From positions 1 to 31,062 of IMG/VR virus record IMGVR_UViG_3300026270_000016: DNA of 31,062 nucleotides; one strand, given 5' to 3'. Positions within the stretch are counted from its first letter, which is position 1. Each line of letters begins with the position of its first letter. The notes under the pieces were generated by a model. It did no database searches. It saw only the letters and a program-made list of their open reading frames with translations, and was not told the DNA's origin. Origin of the DNA: a virus. Lineage: Duplodnaviria > Caudoviricetes. Below are positions 13,990 through 24,775 of the stretch, piece by piece. The position numbers and the translations under genes are program-made.

Positions 13990-14018
13990 ACAATAACAGA
14001 GGATCACTGAGTTGTCAA
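13990..14018 (-). promoter_or_regulatory. Sigma70-type promoter
   Basis: TTGACA-17 nt-TATTGT with TGn extension. Confidence 0.6.
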
Positions 14019-14882
14019 GTCATCAAACTCATGAGTTGTCTGGATATACGCATACACTTCAGCAACTGTCCCATTAGGGTTGACATCGAACTCTAGGTTG
14101 AAATAAGATTCACCCTCAAGTTTAGACTCAATGAATGCTGCTTGATCTACTGTTAATACTTTTGTACCACCATCACGTGACATCATATCTAAGTATGACT
14201 TAGCAAGTTCTTTTGTGTCTTGATCATATCTCAATAGTCCTTTACCCTTGTAATCCTCAGTGAAGAATTTAGGATACACAAAGTTTAATCTGTATGTGAT
14301 TATATCACTATCAGGATAAACATCAATCGTTCCTTTACATATATCATATCGTCCCTCAGGAATCTCATTGACTCTACTTAAGAAGTCATTATCCTCTAGT
14401 TCATCTAGATCATATGATGAATCAAATATTCTAATACTAATCAGTTCACCAGTTGGTGTGAGTGATATTCCAGTAAACCAGGTAACAGTTGCATCAGTGA
14501 CATTAGTCAATGCATCGATATGTTTCTTTGCATCATTCACCTTGGGTTGACCAATACGATCAACAAATAGTTTCCAAGTACTTGGATTAGTTGCAGTACT
14601 ACTATAAGAATAGAATTTCTTACAAAAATACTCTTGAACCACACCATCTAAATGATAGACATACAAGTCATTGTCAAATGAATAGTTTGGGTCAGTAGTA
14701 TTAGGTTGTTTATAATCAAAGTATTTGTTGATTGTCTCCTTCAATCCACTATCAAGTGTAGGAGCATAGTCATCACTTGCAAGACTAGTGAACCTTACAG
14801 GCATCATCTCAACGGTAGCAATCTTTGCTCCATCAGATAACCTATACTTATCAGCAATACTATAGTCTTCTGTAAAGATCAT
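14004..14882 (-). CDS. Hypothetical protein (292 aa)
   Basis: Long ORF, TAATG-coupled; no motif recognised. Confidence 0.85.
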   Translation of the reverse strand: MIFTEDYSIADKYRLSDGAKIATVEMMPVRFTSLASDDYAPTLDSGLKETINKYFDYKQPNTTDPNYSFDNDLYVYHLDGVVQEYFCKKFYSYSSTATNPSTWKLFVDRIGQPKVNDAKKHIDALTNVTDATVTWFTGISLTPTGELISIRIFDSSYDLDELEDNDFLSRVNEIPEGRYDICKGTIDVYPDSDIITYRLNFVYPKFFTEDYKGKGLLRYDQDTKELAKSYLDMMSRDGGTKVLTVDQAAFIESKLEGESYFNLEFDVNPNGTVAEVYAYIQTTHEFDDLTTQ

Positions 14883-15229
14883 TACTCGTTGCTCGCAATT
14901 TGTTGTCCTTGTGCATTAACAAGAGAATAAAATATATAATTCTCTGGTGTAGTGCATGATGCTTGTGACTCTGGAAGATTATCACCTAACCATGTCTGTA
15001 CATCAGCAATATCATCATCAACTTCACAGAATACATGCTCTGAATTCTTCAGTGCAGTCCATATATCATTTGGTAGAATGTTTTCATACACTGCATATGA
15101 TGCATTGATAGCATCAACATCAGAACTAGCATTCCAACCAGTTGATCTTAGATATAGAATAGTCTTGCCCCTTTCATCGGCATATCTTTCAATGAAATTA
15201 TCAAAGTAAAAGGTATCGTAGGTATTCAT
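14882..15229 (-). CDS. Hypothetical acidic protein
   Basis: ATG 15229 in ATGA overlap with the upstream stop. Confidence 0.8.
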   Translation of the reverse strand: MNTYDTFYFDNFIERYADERGKTILYLRSTGWNASSDVDAINASYAVYENILPNDIWTALKNSEHVFCEVDDDIADVQTWLGDNLPESQASCTTPENYIFYSLVNAQGQQIASNE

Positions 15230-15738
15230 CTTAGTAGTAGTTTCCAAGCAATTGTTACACGTAGTCCAGTAAATGCTCTAGAGCAACCTTCTGACATGTG
15301 TGGAATCATGCCATTGAACATCACAGCAGAGTTGCCTTTGGGAAGATAATAATAGTGATCATCTTCACCTAAGTCAAATATAGTCTTGCCGAGGTATTCT
15401 GGTCTCCAGTTATCATTAGCGTAGTAGAGAAATGTTCTCTCGCTATCATCATACCAGTCAACGTGGAAATCACCCTGTGTACCAAACGTATGCCCATTAG
15501 CATACACATCATGTAATTCATAATTTCGTTGGGTTTTTTCCTTAATGATATTTAGAAGATAATCAGTGTAATATGGATTATCATTCAATTCATAGATCCA
15601 AAATGGATATCTACGTCTACGATCACCTGCTGGATATGATCCATGACCAAACTTCCATCCTGATTGCTGCATATCATTTTTGATCTTCTCATGAATTCCT
15701 TTATCAAAGAAGTCATTGAATTTTTTAAGTTCTTTCAT
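15226..15738 (-). CDS. 2OG-Fe(II) oxygenase
   Basis: YANGHT..GDFHVD, TFLYY, IPH, RVTIAWK. Confidence 0.88.
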   Translation of the reverse strand: MKELKKFNDFFDKGIHEKIKNDMQQSGWKFGHGSYPAGDRRRRYPFWIYELNDNPYYTDYLLNIIKEKTQRNYELHDVYANGHTFGTQGDFHVDWYDDSERTFLYYANDNWRPEYLGKTIFDLGEDDHYYYLPKGNSAVMFNGMIPHMSEGCSRAFTGLRVTIAWKLLLR

Positions 15739-16214
15739 TGTTCCATCCATGCTAAAAATACATCTCTTCTACCAGAGGTCACCTTGTTCACCCTGTGAAG
15801 TAAATTACCAGGATATACTATTGCTTTACCCTTTGGTAATTTAATCTCTCTTTCATTATTAATAACCAACTCTCCACCTCCATAATCATCACTCAGGAAG
15901 CATGTCATGCTTAGATCTGGTCTAACACCACCACATGGATTAGCATCGTAATGATCTTCATACTGTCCACCCACATCATACTTCACAAAGTATATCTGTG
16001 ACAGTTTTGTAGCAAATGATTGTAGTTTCTGTTCAATAATCTGCCCACAATACATGTTTAGATCACGAAGTCCTACCCCACCATATACTGTGGAGCACAC
16101 CTTATTCTTTGCTTCTGAGTTACTTTTCTTGCCGTCTTCAAACTCTAAGTATTTGAAGTATCTTGTAATATATGATAGTTGTTCATCATTTAGTAAATCA
16201 ATTTCACGTATCAT
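15735..16214 (-). CDS. 2OG-Fe(II) oxygenase (PKHD/YbiX-like)
   Basis: HYD, RPDLSMTCFLSDDYGGGEL, LHRVNKVTSGRR. Confidence 0.9.
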   Translation of the reverse strand: MIREIDLLNDEQLSYITRYFKYLEFEDGKKSNSEAKNKVCSTVYGGVGLRDLNMYCGQIIEQKLQSFATKLSQIYFVKYDVGGQYEDHYDANPCGGVRPDLSMTCFLSDDYGGGELVINNEREIKLPKGKAIVYPGNLLHRVNKVTSGRRDVFLAWMEQ

Positions 16215-17146
16215 AATTCATTTTCATCAACGTGGTACTTACTCCAGTTAACTGGTACTATCTTCTCTACCTCTAGTTCACGCATGAGTTGTAGAATATT
16301 ATCTGTAATCTTCTTACTATCAGGTACACCACGAGTAGCAAGTCTGTACATATTCTCTTCTCTACTCTTCCAGAAGTCTGTACTTGCTTCACCATCATGC
16401 TTAACCCACTGATCAGCATCATTCTCATCCATGAATGCAGGAGCATCTGTTACTCCATCATCTAACTTACCATTTGGATATAGTTTTCTGTAGTTTGATG
16501 GGTCAATAGGGAACTTAAGATCAAATGTATGTTTAAAATACTTTAGACCTGATCCCTCAAACATAGGGTCAGTTGGAACTGGTACAGTGTAGTCACGTAA
16601 CCATTGTCTCCACTTAACCCAATCGTCTTTTTCTCCTGTATACTTCTCTGCAATGTCAGGTAATACTCTCCAATCAGATAGTCCTAACATATTATTTCTT
16701 TGTCTAAGAAGTTTTCTCCATCTCTGCTCCCAGAATACAACAGCATCATCAATGCCTGTGACTTTCTCTTCTACTTTAAGATCTTTAACCTCTTTTAAGA
16801 CATAGAAGAAGTCTTGACACTGCTTGAATAATGCTTCTGCTTGTGCTGAGGTAGCACCAGTGAATGAATATGATTTCTTATAAGATGAATTAGTCTTGAA
16901 ATCATATATAGTCTTTCTTCTTTGGCAGAAGTATCCACCATCACTAAAGTATTGGAAGTATTCAAGTTCATCTTTATCAGTATGCCAGAATTCATCCACT
17001 TGAGTTGCAAACCATTTTGCCATCAGATCAGCATCCACTTTAAATCTTCTAGCGGATTTACCTGATGCCATTAGTTCTGCTGATTGTTCCTCAGAGAAGC
17101 TCTTATTTAAAAAGTCTGCTTCAATAAGTAGTGCTCTTACTTCCAT
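16211..17146 (-). CDS. Protein with a tail-fibre assembly chaperone-like domain
   Basis: RNNMLGLSDWRVLPD...WVKWRQWLRD motif; close to tail fibre genes. Confidence 0.65.
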   Translation of the reverse strand: MEVRALLIEADFLNKSFSEEQSAELMASGKSARRFKVDADLMAKWFATQVDEFWHTDKDELEYFQYFSDGGYFCQRRKTIYDFKTNSSYKKSYSFTGATSAQAEALFKQCQDFFYVLKEVKDLKVEEKVTGIDDAVVFWEQRWRKLLRQRNNMLGLSDWRVLPDIAEKYTGEKDDWVKWRQWLRDYTVPVPTDPMFEGSGLKYFKHTFDLKFPIDPSNYRKLYPNGKLDDGVTDAPAFMDENDADQWVKHDGEASTDFWKSREENMYRLATRGVPDSKKITDNILQLMRELEVEKIVPVNWSKYHVDENEL

Positions 17147-17151
17147 GGGAA

Positions 17152-17841
17152 TTACTTACCTTTGATGTACCATCCTGTTACTATGTATTTATCTTGAGTG
17201 AGGACTGTATTACCTTTATGAGTATGGGTAAATGCACCAGGCCAGATAACAACAGTACCTGCAGTTGGTTTAATTCTACGTCTCTGATATAAGAATTCAG
17301 TCTCTGCTTCACCATCAGGCATATCATTTAGATAAATCATCCACACAAGATCTCTGTGTGCATGTGCAATATCACCTGCTTCATGATGCCACAAATGATA
17401 ACCACCACCAGGTGGTGTGATTTGAATCTTAATGTCAGTAGATATCAATGCTGTGTGTTTCAGTGCTTGATATTCATTAATATAATGTTTAGCACATGAT
17501 TTAAGAATCTGATTGATTTGTGTAACCAGATCTCTATTAGCATAGTTCAATAGAAATGCAAAATCTCTTCTTTGGAGAGCACCACCGTAAAATTCTTCTG
17601 ATTTGTATACAGTTTCACTGTCCTCCAACATACCAAGAGCATCACCAGCAAGATCACTATCTTGATCGTAATTCACTTGTACACCCATGTCTGCGACTTG
17701 TTTGGTGTAATTGATGATAGTATCACACATTGGTCTGGGCATAAAATTAGGCCACACACCAATAAAGTCTTTAAATTCGACTTTGGTGATATTCGGGTCA
17801 AGCATCAATTCAAGGGGTCTATAATCAGGAATACCAGTCAT
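17152..17841 (-). CDS. 2OG-Fe(II) oxygenase
   Basis: GGGYHLWHHE, WMIYLND, GTVVIWP..FTHTHKG, KYIVTGW. Confidence 0.9.
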   Translation of the reverse strand: MTGIPDYRPLELMLDPNITKVEFKDFIGVWPNFMPRPMCDTIINYTKQVADMGVQVNYDQDSDLAGDALGMLEDSETVYKSEEFYGGALQRRDFAFLLNYANRDLVTQINQILKSCAKHYINEYQALKHTALISTDIKIQITPPGGGYHLWHHEAGDIAHAHRDLVWMIYLNDMPDGEAETEFLYQRRRIKPTAGTVVIWPGAFTHTHKGNTVLTQDKYIVTGWYIKGK

Positions 17842-17842
17842 A

Positions 17843-20800
17843 TTAATAAGCTTTGATCATGTATTTAGTCTTGTGGAAAGGGTTAAGTATTGGAACTTGT
17901 CGTTGTGGTCTCATAGTAACAGAGGGGAATGGTTTCTTAAAGTTACTTGCGAACTTAAAGTTACCTTCAGTCATATCCATGAAAAGATCACTCTGTGTAA
18001 ATGATACTTGAATTGCAGGTGCTGCACCACCTGTACCAGCAGGAGCAACATTCTGAACTCTAAACATAATATCACCAGATCCACCAAAATCATTCCAGAA
18101 TTGGCATGTTAGTATATCACCAGCAGCATAGTTTTGTCCAGCATTAACAATTAAGTTAACTCTGTATCTTGTATCACCAACTGGATTACCACCACCAATA
18201 GAAGGAAATGGAGTATATGTTATGTTTAATATCATTCCACTACCAGTTTGAGAACCAGTATCTTGAGGAGAATATAACATCGGGCAATCTATTGTAACCT
18301 CATCGTCAACAGATGTCCAGTAATTGTCACCATTTGTTAATCTATACGCCCATTCGTTGATAGCTCTATTAGTCCATCTACCCTCATCCAATGAAGAATC
18401 AATAGTTCTTCTCTCCCATAATTGGAATGTTTGCAGTGATCCACTAACACCACCACCTAGACCAGATCCAAATGGTGCTCCAGTAGTACCAACACCTGAT
18501 ACGTTACCACCAGTAAAGTCAGTATTAGGGTTACCAACAATATTCTCAGTAATTAGGTGAGAGTGTGTTAATGTTTGTCCACCAACAGGAGTATATGGGT
18601 CAAATCTGAATGCAGTAGGTTGTGTATCAACAACAGCAGCACAATCATTACCACCACCAGCACCAGTTGGTTGTAATATAGCACCAGCATATGCAGAAGT
18701 AGGTGAGATCCACCATGTTAGGAAGTCAACTGTTACATTCTGGTCATCTGATTCAGGACCGAAGTCGGTAGATCCACCACCTGATTCTTCGTTAACTGGA
18801 TAACCTTGTGGTAAGTATGCTGCAACAAAGTCGTCAAGTGTAAAGTTATTACCATAGTATAATCTAAGTTCATCCCTGAACTGACTCAAACTATTCAACC
18901 ATGTTGCCCATGCAGCACGTGCTTCTGCTGCTGAGTTATCTCCACCAGAAACTGTATCAGCAGGACGTGTAGTAGGACCATTTTGATATGCAGTGGTAAA
19001 CATACCTCTACCAGCTGGAGGACCCCATGAGATTAATGCTTCACCACCATCATTCTCAGTCTGTGCCGCAATAAATGCGTGGTTATGGTCAGGTGCAGCA
19101 ACTGTAACCTCCTGTAATGGCCCGATCTGTGCAGTAACTAGACCAGAAATACTAAATGTAACATCATCAATAATAGTTTCCAATCCTGACAACCTTACAG
19201 TACCAAGAGAGAAGAACTGTGAATTAAGTCCTGTATCACTTGTGGGTGGTCCCTGAATCTGTTCTAATGGTTGTACACCAAACGAGTCAACTCTATCAAA
19301 GTACCAGTATCCACCCTCAGCACCAGGATCATTGATACCTTTACCAGATGTAGTTACAGGTAAGAATGCTGAGTTACCTCTAGAAGAGTTAACTAGTCCA
19401 ATACCACACAGTCTTCTATTTCTATAATCAGGTAAATTAAATGTGCCTGTATATGTATAGGTGATATTTCCATCATTATCAGTACCAGTATCTTTACTAC
19501 CTGTACCACCATAGGTGTTACCAATCATATCAAATAGAGCCCAGTATTGATTTGCATCAAGTATCTGACCTTCACATGCAATGAATCCAGCATATCTATT
19601 ACCAAGAGCACCATCGATAGTACCATATGTTCCAGAACTTCCTTCTTTCAATACAGGAAGAACTGTGCCAACAGGATAACCATCAAACTTCTCAGTCTTA
19701 TTACTATACCACTTACCTAGATTAGCAGCGGAAGGTGGTGCAACAGCATATGTTGTTACTGTCCATGTAAATGGGTTGTTAACTGTACCAGTACCAACAC
19801 TGATAGTAGTATTTTCAGGTGTACTCAACTGTGTAGCAGATTTAATGATAAGATAGAAACTACTATTGACTGCAGGATCAAATGTTCTTGGTCCTTGTAC
19901 TGGTGTATCAAAGTCAATAGAGATCAGTGCATTATATCCACCGATACATTCAATAGTAATTGGTTGGTTGATACCAGTAATAGCAACAGGAGCACTAGAG
20001 ATAAAAGTATCTGGTGCTTGATTATTTCTATCTTGTGGTGGTTGGAATGCTGCGTTAGTATCAGGTCCACTGTTAGTTACAACAGTCCATGTTGGAATAA
20101 CTCTTGTACCAACTTGAATCTGTAATTCTTTACTAGCACCAAATGAAGCATCTGATTGTAAGTAAATGGTTAATTGATCACCATTAGTTACAGATGCAGG
20201 GAAGACACCAATAGAACCATTATTAACTTTAACTCTTACAATACTAGCATCAGTAGATACAACAGTTGCTTCCACACTAGTACCAGCACCTAGTCCAGCA
20301 ATACCACCAGCAGGTTGAGTATCTGATCCTACAAGTGCGTCTGCTGCAGCATTATTAACATCAGTGAAACTGAATGCATTTGGTGTTGTTGATAGGTTCG
20401 CTCCTGTAGTAACAGTCCATGTAGATCCATTACTAATATCACCAATACTTAAGGATGTTTGTCTTGGGGTATTTCCTGTACCTGGAGTGATAATTCTTAA
20501 TTGAAGATAATCACCATTTTGAATAGTTCCATTACTACCTGTAAATGTGACGTTATCTAGTACATCAAAACCATCACCATTTGTTGTAGTACTATTATTA
20601 GATGAAACTGCCCACTCACCAATACCACCAGTCGCGATTAAACCTGCCGTGTTCAATCCCTGAATTCTAATAACTTCAGAATATGCATACTTGTTTACAG
20701 TTAAGTCAGTTAAATCTGTAAATACGGGGAATGGTACGGGTTCGTTAGCAGGTTCTGGTTTGTTTGTTACAGTCCATTGTTCATTTGATGTACCAATAAC

Positions 20801-21283
20801 CAAGTTAAGTCTAAGAACTTGACCATTAAATCCACTGGTAGTTCCTCTAATTTGAATCTTAGCACCATTTTCTACAGTCTGGGTGCCGTTAGTCTGAATC
20901 CATCCAGTATCCCAAGTACCATCACCATCATAATCAATTCTCAATGACCATTTACTTGCATCACCAAAAATATTAGAACTTAATTGAATTGGAGCTGCAG
21001 TAGTTGGTGTTAATCCTGATACTACAATAAGATTTTCACCTGGTCTACTACCATCAGCATAGGTATACATGGTATCAAGTTCCGCATCATCAACAGGTGC
21101 TAATGGAAACGGATCAGGTGTAAAATCTTCAGGAATGGTTGAAATTAACCAGAACTGTGTGAGGTCACCAATTTTGACAGTAATAGTCTGAGTAAAGTCC
21201 CATGCAGGTGGGGCTTTAAACTTAAATTGGATATAATCACCCTCTGAAACGTATAAAGGTGTATTTGAATAAGAATACGTCAT
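17843..21283 (-). CDS. Tail fibre protein with tail-collar domain
   Basis: 1146 aa, G/T/S/N-rich; PVGTVLP...GFIACEGQ...LFDMIGNTYGG...FNLPDYR collar motif; HNH/HSH motifs; C-terminal YMIKAY. Confidence 0.85.
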   Translation of the reverse strand: MTYSYSNTPLYVSEGDYIQFKFKAPPAWDFTQTITVKIGDLTQFWLISTIPEDFTPDPFPLAPVDDAELDTMYTYADGSRPGENLIVVSGLTPTTAAPIQLSSNIFGDASKWSLRIDYDGDGTWDTGWIQTNGTQTVENGAKIQIRGTTSGFNGQVLRLNLVIGTSNEQWTVTNKPEPANEPVPFPVFTDLTDLTVNKYAYSEVIRIQGLNTAGLIATGGIGEWAVSSNNSTTTNGDGFDVLDNVTFTGSNGTIQNGDYLQLRIITPGTGNTPRQTSLSIGDISNGSTWTVTTGANLSTTPNAFSFTDVNNAAADALVGSDTQPAGGIAGLGAGTSVEATVVSTDASIVRVKVNNGSIGVFPASVTNGDQLTIYLQSDASFGASKELQIQVGTRVIPTWTVVTNSGPDTNAAFQPPQDRNNQAPDTFISSAPVAITGINQPITIECIGGYNALISIDFDTPVQGPRTFDPAVNSSFYLIIKSATQLSTPENTTISVGTGTVNNPFTWTVTTYAVAPPSAANLGKWYSNKTEKFDGYPVGTVLPVLKEGSSGTYGTIDGALGNRYAGFIACEGQILDANQYWALFDMIGNTYGGTGSKDTGTDNDGNITYTYTGTFNLPDYRNRRLCGIGLVNSSRGNSAFLPVTTSGKGINDPGAEGGYWYFDRVDSFGVQPLEQIQGPPTSDTGLNSQFFSLGTVRLSGLETIIDDVTFSISGLVTAQIGPLQEVTVAAPDHNHAFIAAQTENDGGEALISWGPPAGRGMFTTAYQNGPTTRPADTVSGGDNSAAEARAAWATWLNSLSQFRDELRLYYGNNFTLDDFVAAYLPQGYPVNEESGGGSTDFGPESDDQNVTVDFLTWWISPTSAYAGAILQPTGAGGGNDCAAVVDTQPTAFRFDPYTPVGGQTLTHSHLITENIVGNPNTDFTGGNVSGVGTTGAPFGSGLGGGVSGSLQTFQLWERRTIDSSLDEGRWTNRAINEWAYRLTNGDNYWTSVDDEVTIDCPMLYSPQDTGSQTGSGMILNITYTPFPSIGGGNPVGDTRYRVNLIVNAGQNYAAGDILTCQFWNDFGGSGDIMFRVQNVAPAGTGGAAPAIQVSFTQSDLFMDMTEGNFKFASNFKKPFPSVTMRPQRQVPILNPFHKTKYMIKAY

Positions 21284-21315
21284 TCCTGCTTATACAGATA
21301 TTATCCCAGTCATAC

Positions 21316-21322
21316 TATTTAG
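21316..21322 (-). promoter_or_regulatory. Late promoter-like motif (CTAAATA)
   Basis: Variant of the T4 late TATAAATA about 32 nt upstream of the tail fibre start. Confidence 0.45.
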
Positions 21323-24300
21323 AGCTCCCTTATACCTTGCCAGTTGTCTTCAAGGTTTTTATCTACTAATAATGGATAGTTTGCCTTGATTTCAACAGGT
21401 ATGTCAATACCATCAACCAATAGTAATTCAGATAGAACTTCTGTTTCAGGTGTCTCAACAGGTTCTTGCTCTTTAAATTTATCTTTACTCTCAGGAATTA
21501 CGAAGTTATCAGGTGTCTGGTCAATAATAACTGAGGTTGTTGTAGTATCCTGAGCTGTTCCACCAGTACCTGATACAGCAATGCTCCAGTTAATTAAATA
21601 TGGACCAAAATTATTCCATGGTACACCGATAGTCACCCAATCAATAGTACCATCTCTATCTGTTGATCCTTGAGTACCACCTAATTCAGCAGATGTTGCA
21701 GGAGTAATATCAATCGCAGTACCAACACTTGTAGTACCATCAAGGTAAACATATTCAGGAACTATTTGAATACTTCCATTTGCATACGATGTTTCATATT
21801 CAACATCAAATGTGCTTTGTCCATATGTTGTAGTTGCAGGTGAATCAATGCTACATGTTGGGAACTGTGCTACAGTAACAGTAATACAGGTTTCAGGAGA
21901 ATCACCAGCAATACCAGTTGCCTTAGCACAATAAGTGGTAGTATCACCAGGACATACTGTAGCATTACTGGTCAAGTTTCCATTATTAATATTACCTTGT
22001 GTCCATACAATTTGATCAGCATCACCAGTAACATACCAATCAAGTGTGGTACAATTACCAGTAATAATAGTTCCACTAGGGTTAGCACTGATGAATAATG
22101 TAGGTGGCGTTAAAACATTTACCTGAACACTAATATTAGTATCACCCTCTGGACCTGTTGCAGTCAGTAGATAGAGTGTATTCTGTGTTGGATTAACTGT
22201 AGTGCTGGCGTAGAAGAAATTACTATCATTAGTATTAAGAACACTAGGAGTAATAGTAACGTTAGTAACATCACCAAACACGATCCATGCTAGTGTTACA
22301 GAACTACCAGCAAGAACTGTGACAGTATTAACTGCCTGACCATTACTATCAATAATCTTAAAGTTAGCACTTGGTGGTAGAGTTTTATTGTGACCTGGAA
22401 TCCATCTCTCTCCACTGTCACTAGTCTCAAGAATAATATTAACATTATTAGCAGCACAGTCTGCCACAAATTCATTATAAGATGCCTGAATAGTAGAGAA
22501 TACCATACTACCAGAAATATCAATCCATAGTGATACGTATGTACCATCAGGTACATTTGCTAGATCACAAATATCAAACCAACTAGAAGTAAAACTAGCA
22601 TTACCATTATCACGTCTAATTTGAATACCACCATTTGCATATGGATCATTCAAATAGTTATTTGGCATGTTCAATCTACTGAGTGGATATCTTACATTAC
22701 CATTAGATTCTAGAACTGCCTGTAACAACCAGAATGTTCTGTATGGGAAATTATTTCTAAATGCAGTCCAGTCAGACTGTTGAGTAGATACACTTGGTGA
22801 TACCTCGTCAATGATTGATATACAGTTAATTAACTGTGCTAACTGTGCATTTGTAATCTTTGAGATTAATGGTGCTTCCTCATTAGGATCATCCGAGTAG
22901 AATGTATCAGTGCTAAATGTATCTGACTGTGCTAAATGGAATGAATGATTATTTGCTACTACTATACCTTCATTAGGATCTTCACCCACAAAAGCATTAC
23001 CTGAGACTGAACCTATTTCTCTGACACTCTGCCAGTTATCTGTCTGATTAACATCAACCTCAATAGGATAATTTGCTTGGATCTCAACATCAATATCAAC
23101 ATCATTAATTAAAAATAGATCAGTAAGAACTGGAGTTTCTGGTACAACAACTGGTTCTTCTTCTTTAATCTTTTCATCACTCTCTGGTATGTTTAAGTTA
23201 TCAGGAGTTCTATCAATAGCAACATTAATTGTCTGAGAATCTGATATACTACCACCATTACCAGTAGCAATGATTGTAAATGAAACAGTCTTTGCACCTC
23301 TATTATCAAATGGAATTTGAGTATTATATGTATCAGTAACTGATGCTCCAGCAACATTTAAAAATGGAGAACTAGATGCTGTTAATGAAATAGGACCAAC
23401 ACTTTGATCTGGTGCATCATAGAAACTATATGTTGCAAATAATTGAACAGAAGTATTAGCATAATTTGCTGTGTACTCAATAACACCCTGATTTCCATAT
23501 GAAAGAGAAGCAGGCCAGTTTACACTTAGTGTTGGTATTTGATATACTTCAATAGTAATACATGTCTCATCTGATGTACCACCATTACCACTAGTGTATG
23601 CACAATATGTTGTGGTATCACCAGGACATACAGTCTCATTACTGGTGATATTTTGATTTGTTAATCCACCAGATGTCCAGAAAACTGTATCACCATCACC
23701 TGTAACATACCATGAAAGATTAACACATGCTCCAGCAATAATTTGTGTGCTGGGACTTGCAGTAATGAATACTTGAGGTGGTTGATAAACAGTAACAGTT
23801 ACGATACCAGTAACATAAGTTCCACCATTATTAGGAATATTATACAACCCTATAACATAGGATGTAGTTGTTGTTGGTGATACAGTTGTACTACCATTAC
23901 CGTTAGCATCAAAACTGATTGCACCAACACCATTATCAATGTAACCACCACTTAGATTTCCAAATGTAGTATCCCATGAAAGTGTAGTGGATTGTCCATT
24001 AATAATAGGATTAGGACTTGCAGTAAAACTATTAAGAATAGGATTTGCTAAAGTATAAGTAAGTTTTGCATATCCCTGTCCAAAATTAGAAGTTCCACTA
24101 TTAGATGTGAAACTAACGTAAGTAGAATCAAAGGCAGAATTACCACCAATACCATCCATTCCACCAACGTTGTTATCAAATCCATGAGTACCACCAGCAC
24201 GACCGCCAGCACCACCGCCACCGCCACCTCCTCCTCCACCATCGGAAGGGCAGTTAGAACCACCACCACCATTAGAGATAGTGGTAATATTACCAGAGTA

Positions 24301-24774
24301 TAATCCTTTAGCGAAAGATCCAGAGGGGTTAGTTACTGCTCCACGGTTCCATGAACCACCACCGCCTCCGCCGCCGCCACCAACGACACAGACATATCCA
24401 TTCTTAACTGAATCGAAGATGGCACTGGCACCACCTCCGCCACCTCCACCACCAGAACATCCTCTAGGACCACTTCGTCCGCCACCGCCGCCACTAGCAA
24501 CGTTAGAGGGACCTGCAGCACCAGCACCACTATTACGAACACAACCAAATCCATTACCACCCTGTTGACCTATTCTAAACGTAAGAGTTCTAGCTTGAAA
24601 ATCGGGAAAATATACAACACACTTCCTTCCTTGACCACCGCCACGTCCAGGACCATTAGCGTCAGCACCACCTGATCCTCCTTGTGCTCCAGCAAGTTCA
24701 ACTTCTATACTGTAGGCATTGAAGGGAATTGTTACAGATGTGTCGCCCGTATAAGTCGTATTAAACCCTGACAT
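21319..24774 (-). CDS. Virion structural protein with Gly-rich N-domain, VWA-like segment and duplicated beta-rich module
   Basis: 1151 aa; poly-Gly tracts; LWIDISGSM; two copies each of VCPGDTTTYCA and TPDN..IPES. Confidence 0.8.
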   Translation of the reverse strand: MSGFNTTYTGDTSVTIPFNAYSIEVELAGAQGGSGGADANGPGRGGGQGRKCVVYFPDFQARTLTFRIGQQGGNGFGCVRNSGAGAAGPSNVASGGGGGRSGPRGCSGGGGGGGGASAIFDSVKNGYVCVVGGGGGGGGGSWNRGAVTNPSGSFAKGLYSGNITTISNGGGGSNCPSDGGGGGGGGGGAGGRAGGTHGFDNNVGGMDGIGGNSAFDSTYVSFTSNSGTSNFGQGYAKLTYTLANPILNSFTASPNPIINGQSTTLSWDTTFGNLSGGYIDNGVGAISFDANGNGSTTVSPTTTTSYVIGLYNIPNNGGTYVTGIVTVTVYQPPQVFITASPSTQIIAGACVNLSWYVTGDGDTVFWTSGGLTNQNITSNETVCPGDTTTYCAYTSGNGGTSDETCITIEVYQIPTLSVNWPASLSYGNQGVIEYTANYANTSVQLFATYSFYDAPDQSVGPISLTASSSPFLNVAGASVTDTYNTQIPFDNRGAKTVSFTIIATGNGGSISDSQTINVAIDRTPDNLNIPESDEKIKEEEPVVVPETPVLTDLFLINDVDIDVEIQANYPIEVDVNQTDNWQSVREIGSVSGNAFVGEDPNEGIVVANNHSFHLAQSDTFSTDTFYSDDPNEEAPLISKITNAQLAQLINCISIIDEVSPSVSTQQSDWTAFRNNFPYRTFWLLQAVLESNGNVRYPLSRLNMPNNYLNDPYANGGIQIRRDNGNASFTSSWFDICDLANVPDGTYVSLWIDISGSMVFSTIQASYNEFVADCAANNVNIILETSDSGERWIPGHNKTLPPSANFKIIDSNGQAVNTVTVLAGSSVTLAWIVFGDVTNVTITPSVLNTNDSNFFYASTTVNPTQNTLYLLTATGPEGDTNISVQVNVLTPPTLFISANPSGTIITGNCTTLDWYVTGDADQIVWTQGNINNGNLTSNATVCPGDTTTYCAKATGIAGDSPETCITVTVAQFPTCSIDSPATTTYGQSTFDVEYETSYANGSIQIVPEYVYLDGTTSVGTAIDITPATSAELGGTQGSTDRDGTIDWVTIGVPWNNFGPYLINWSIAVSGTGGTAQDTTTTSVIIDQTPDNFVIPESKDKFKEQEPVETPETEVLSELLLVDGIDIPVEIKANYPLLVDKNLEDNWQGIREL

Positions 24775-24775
24775 T

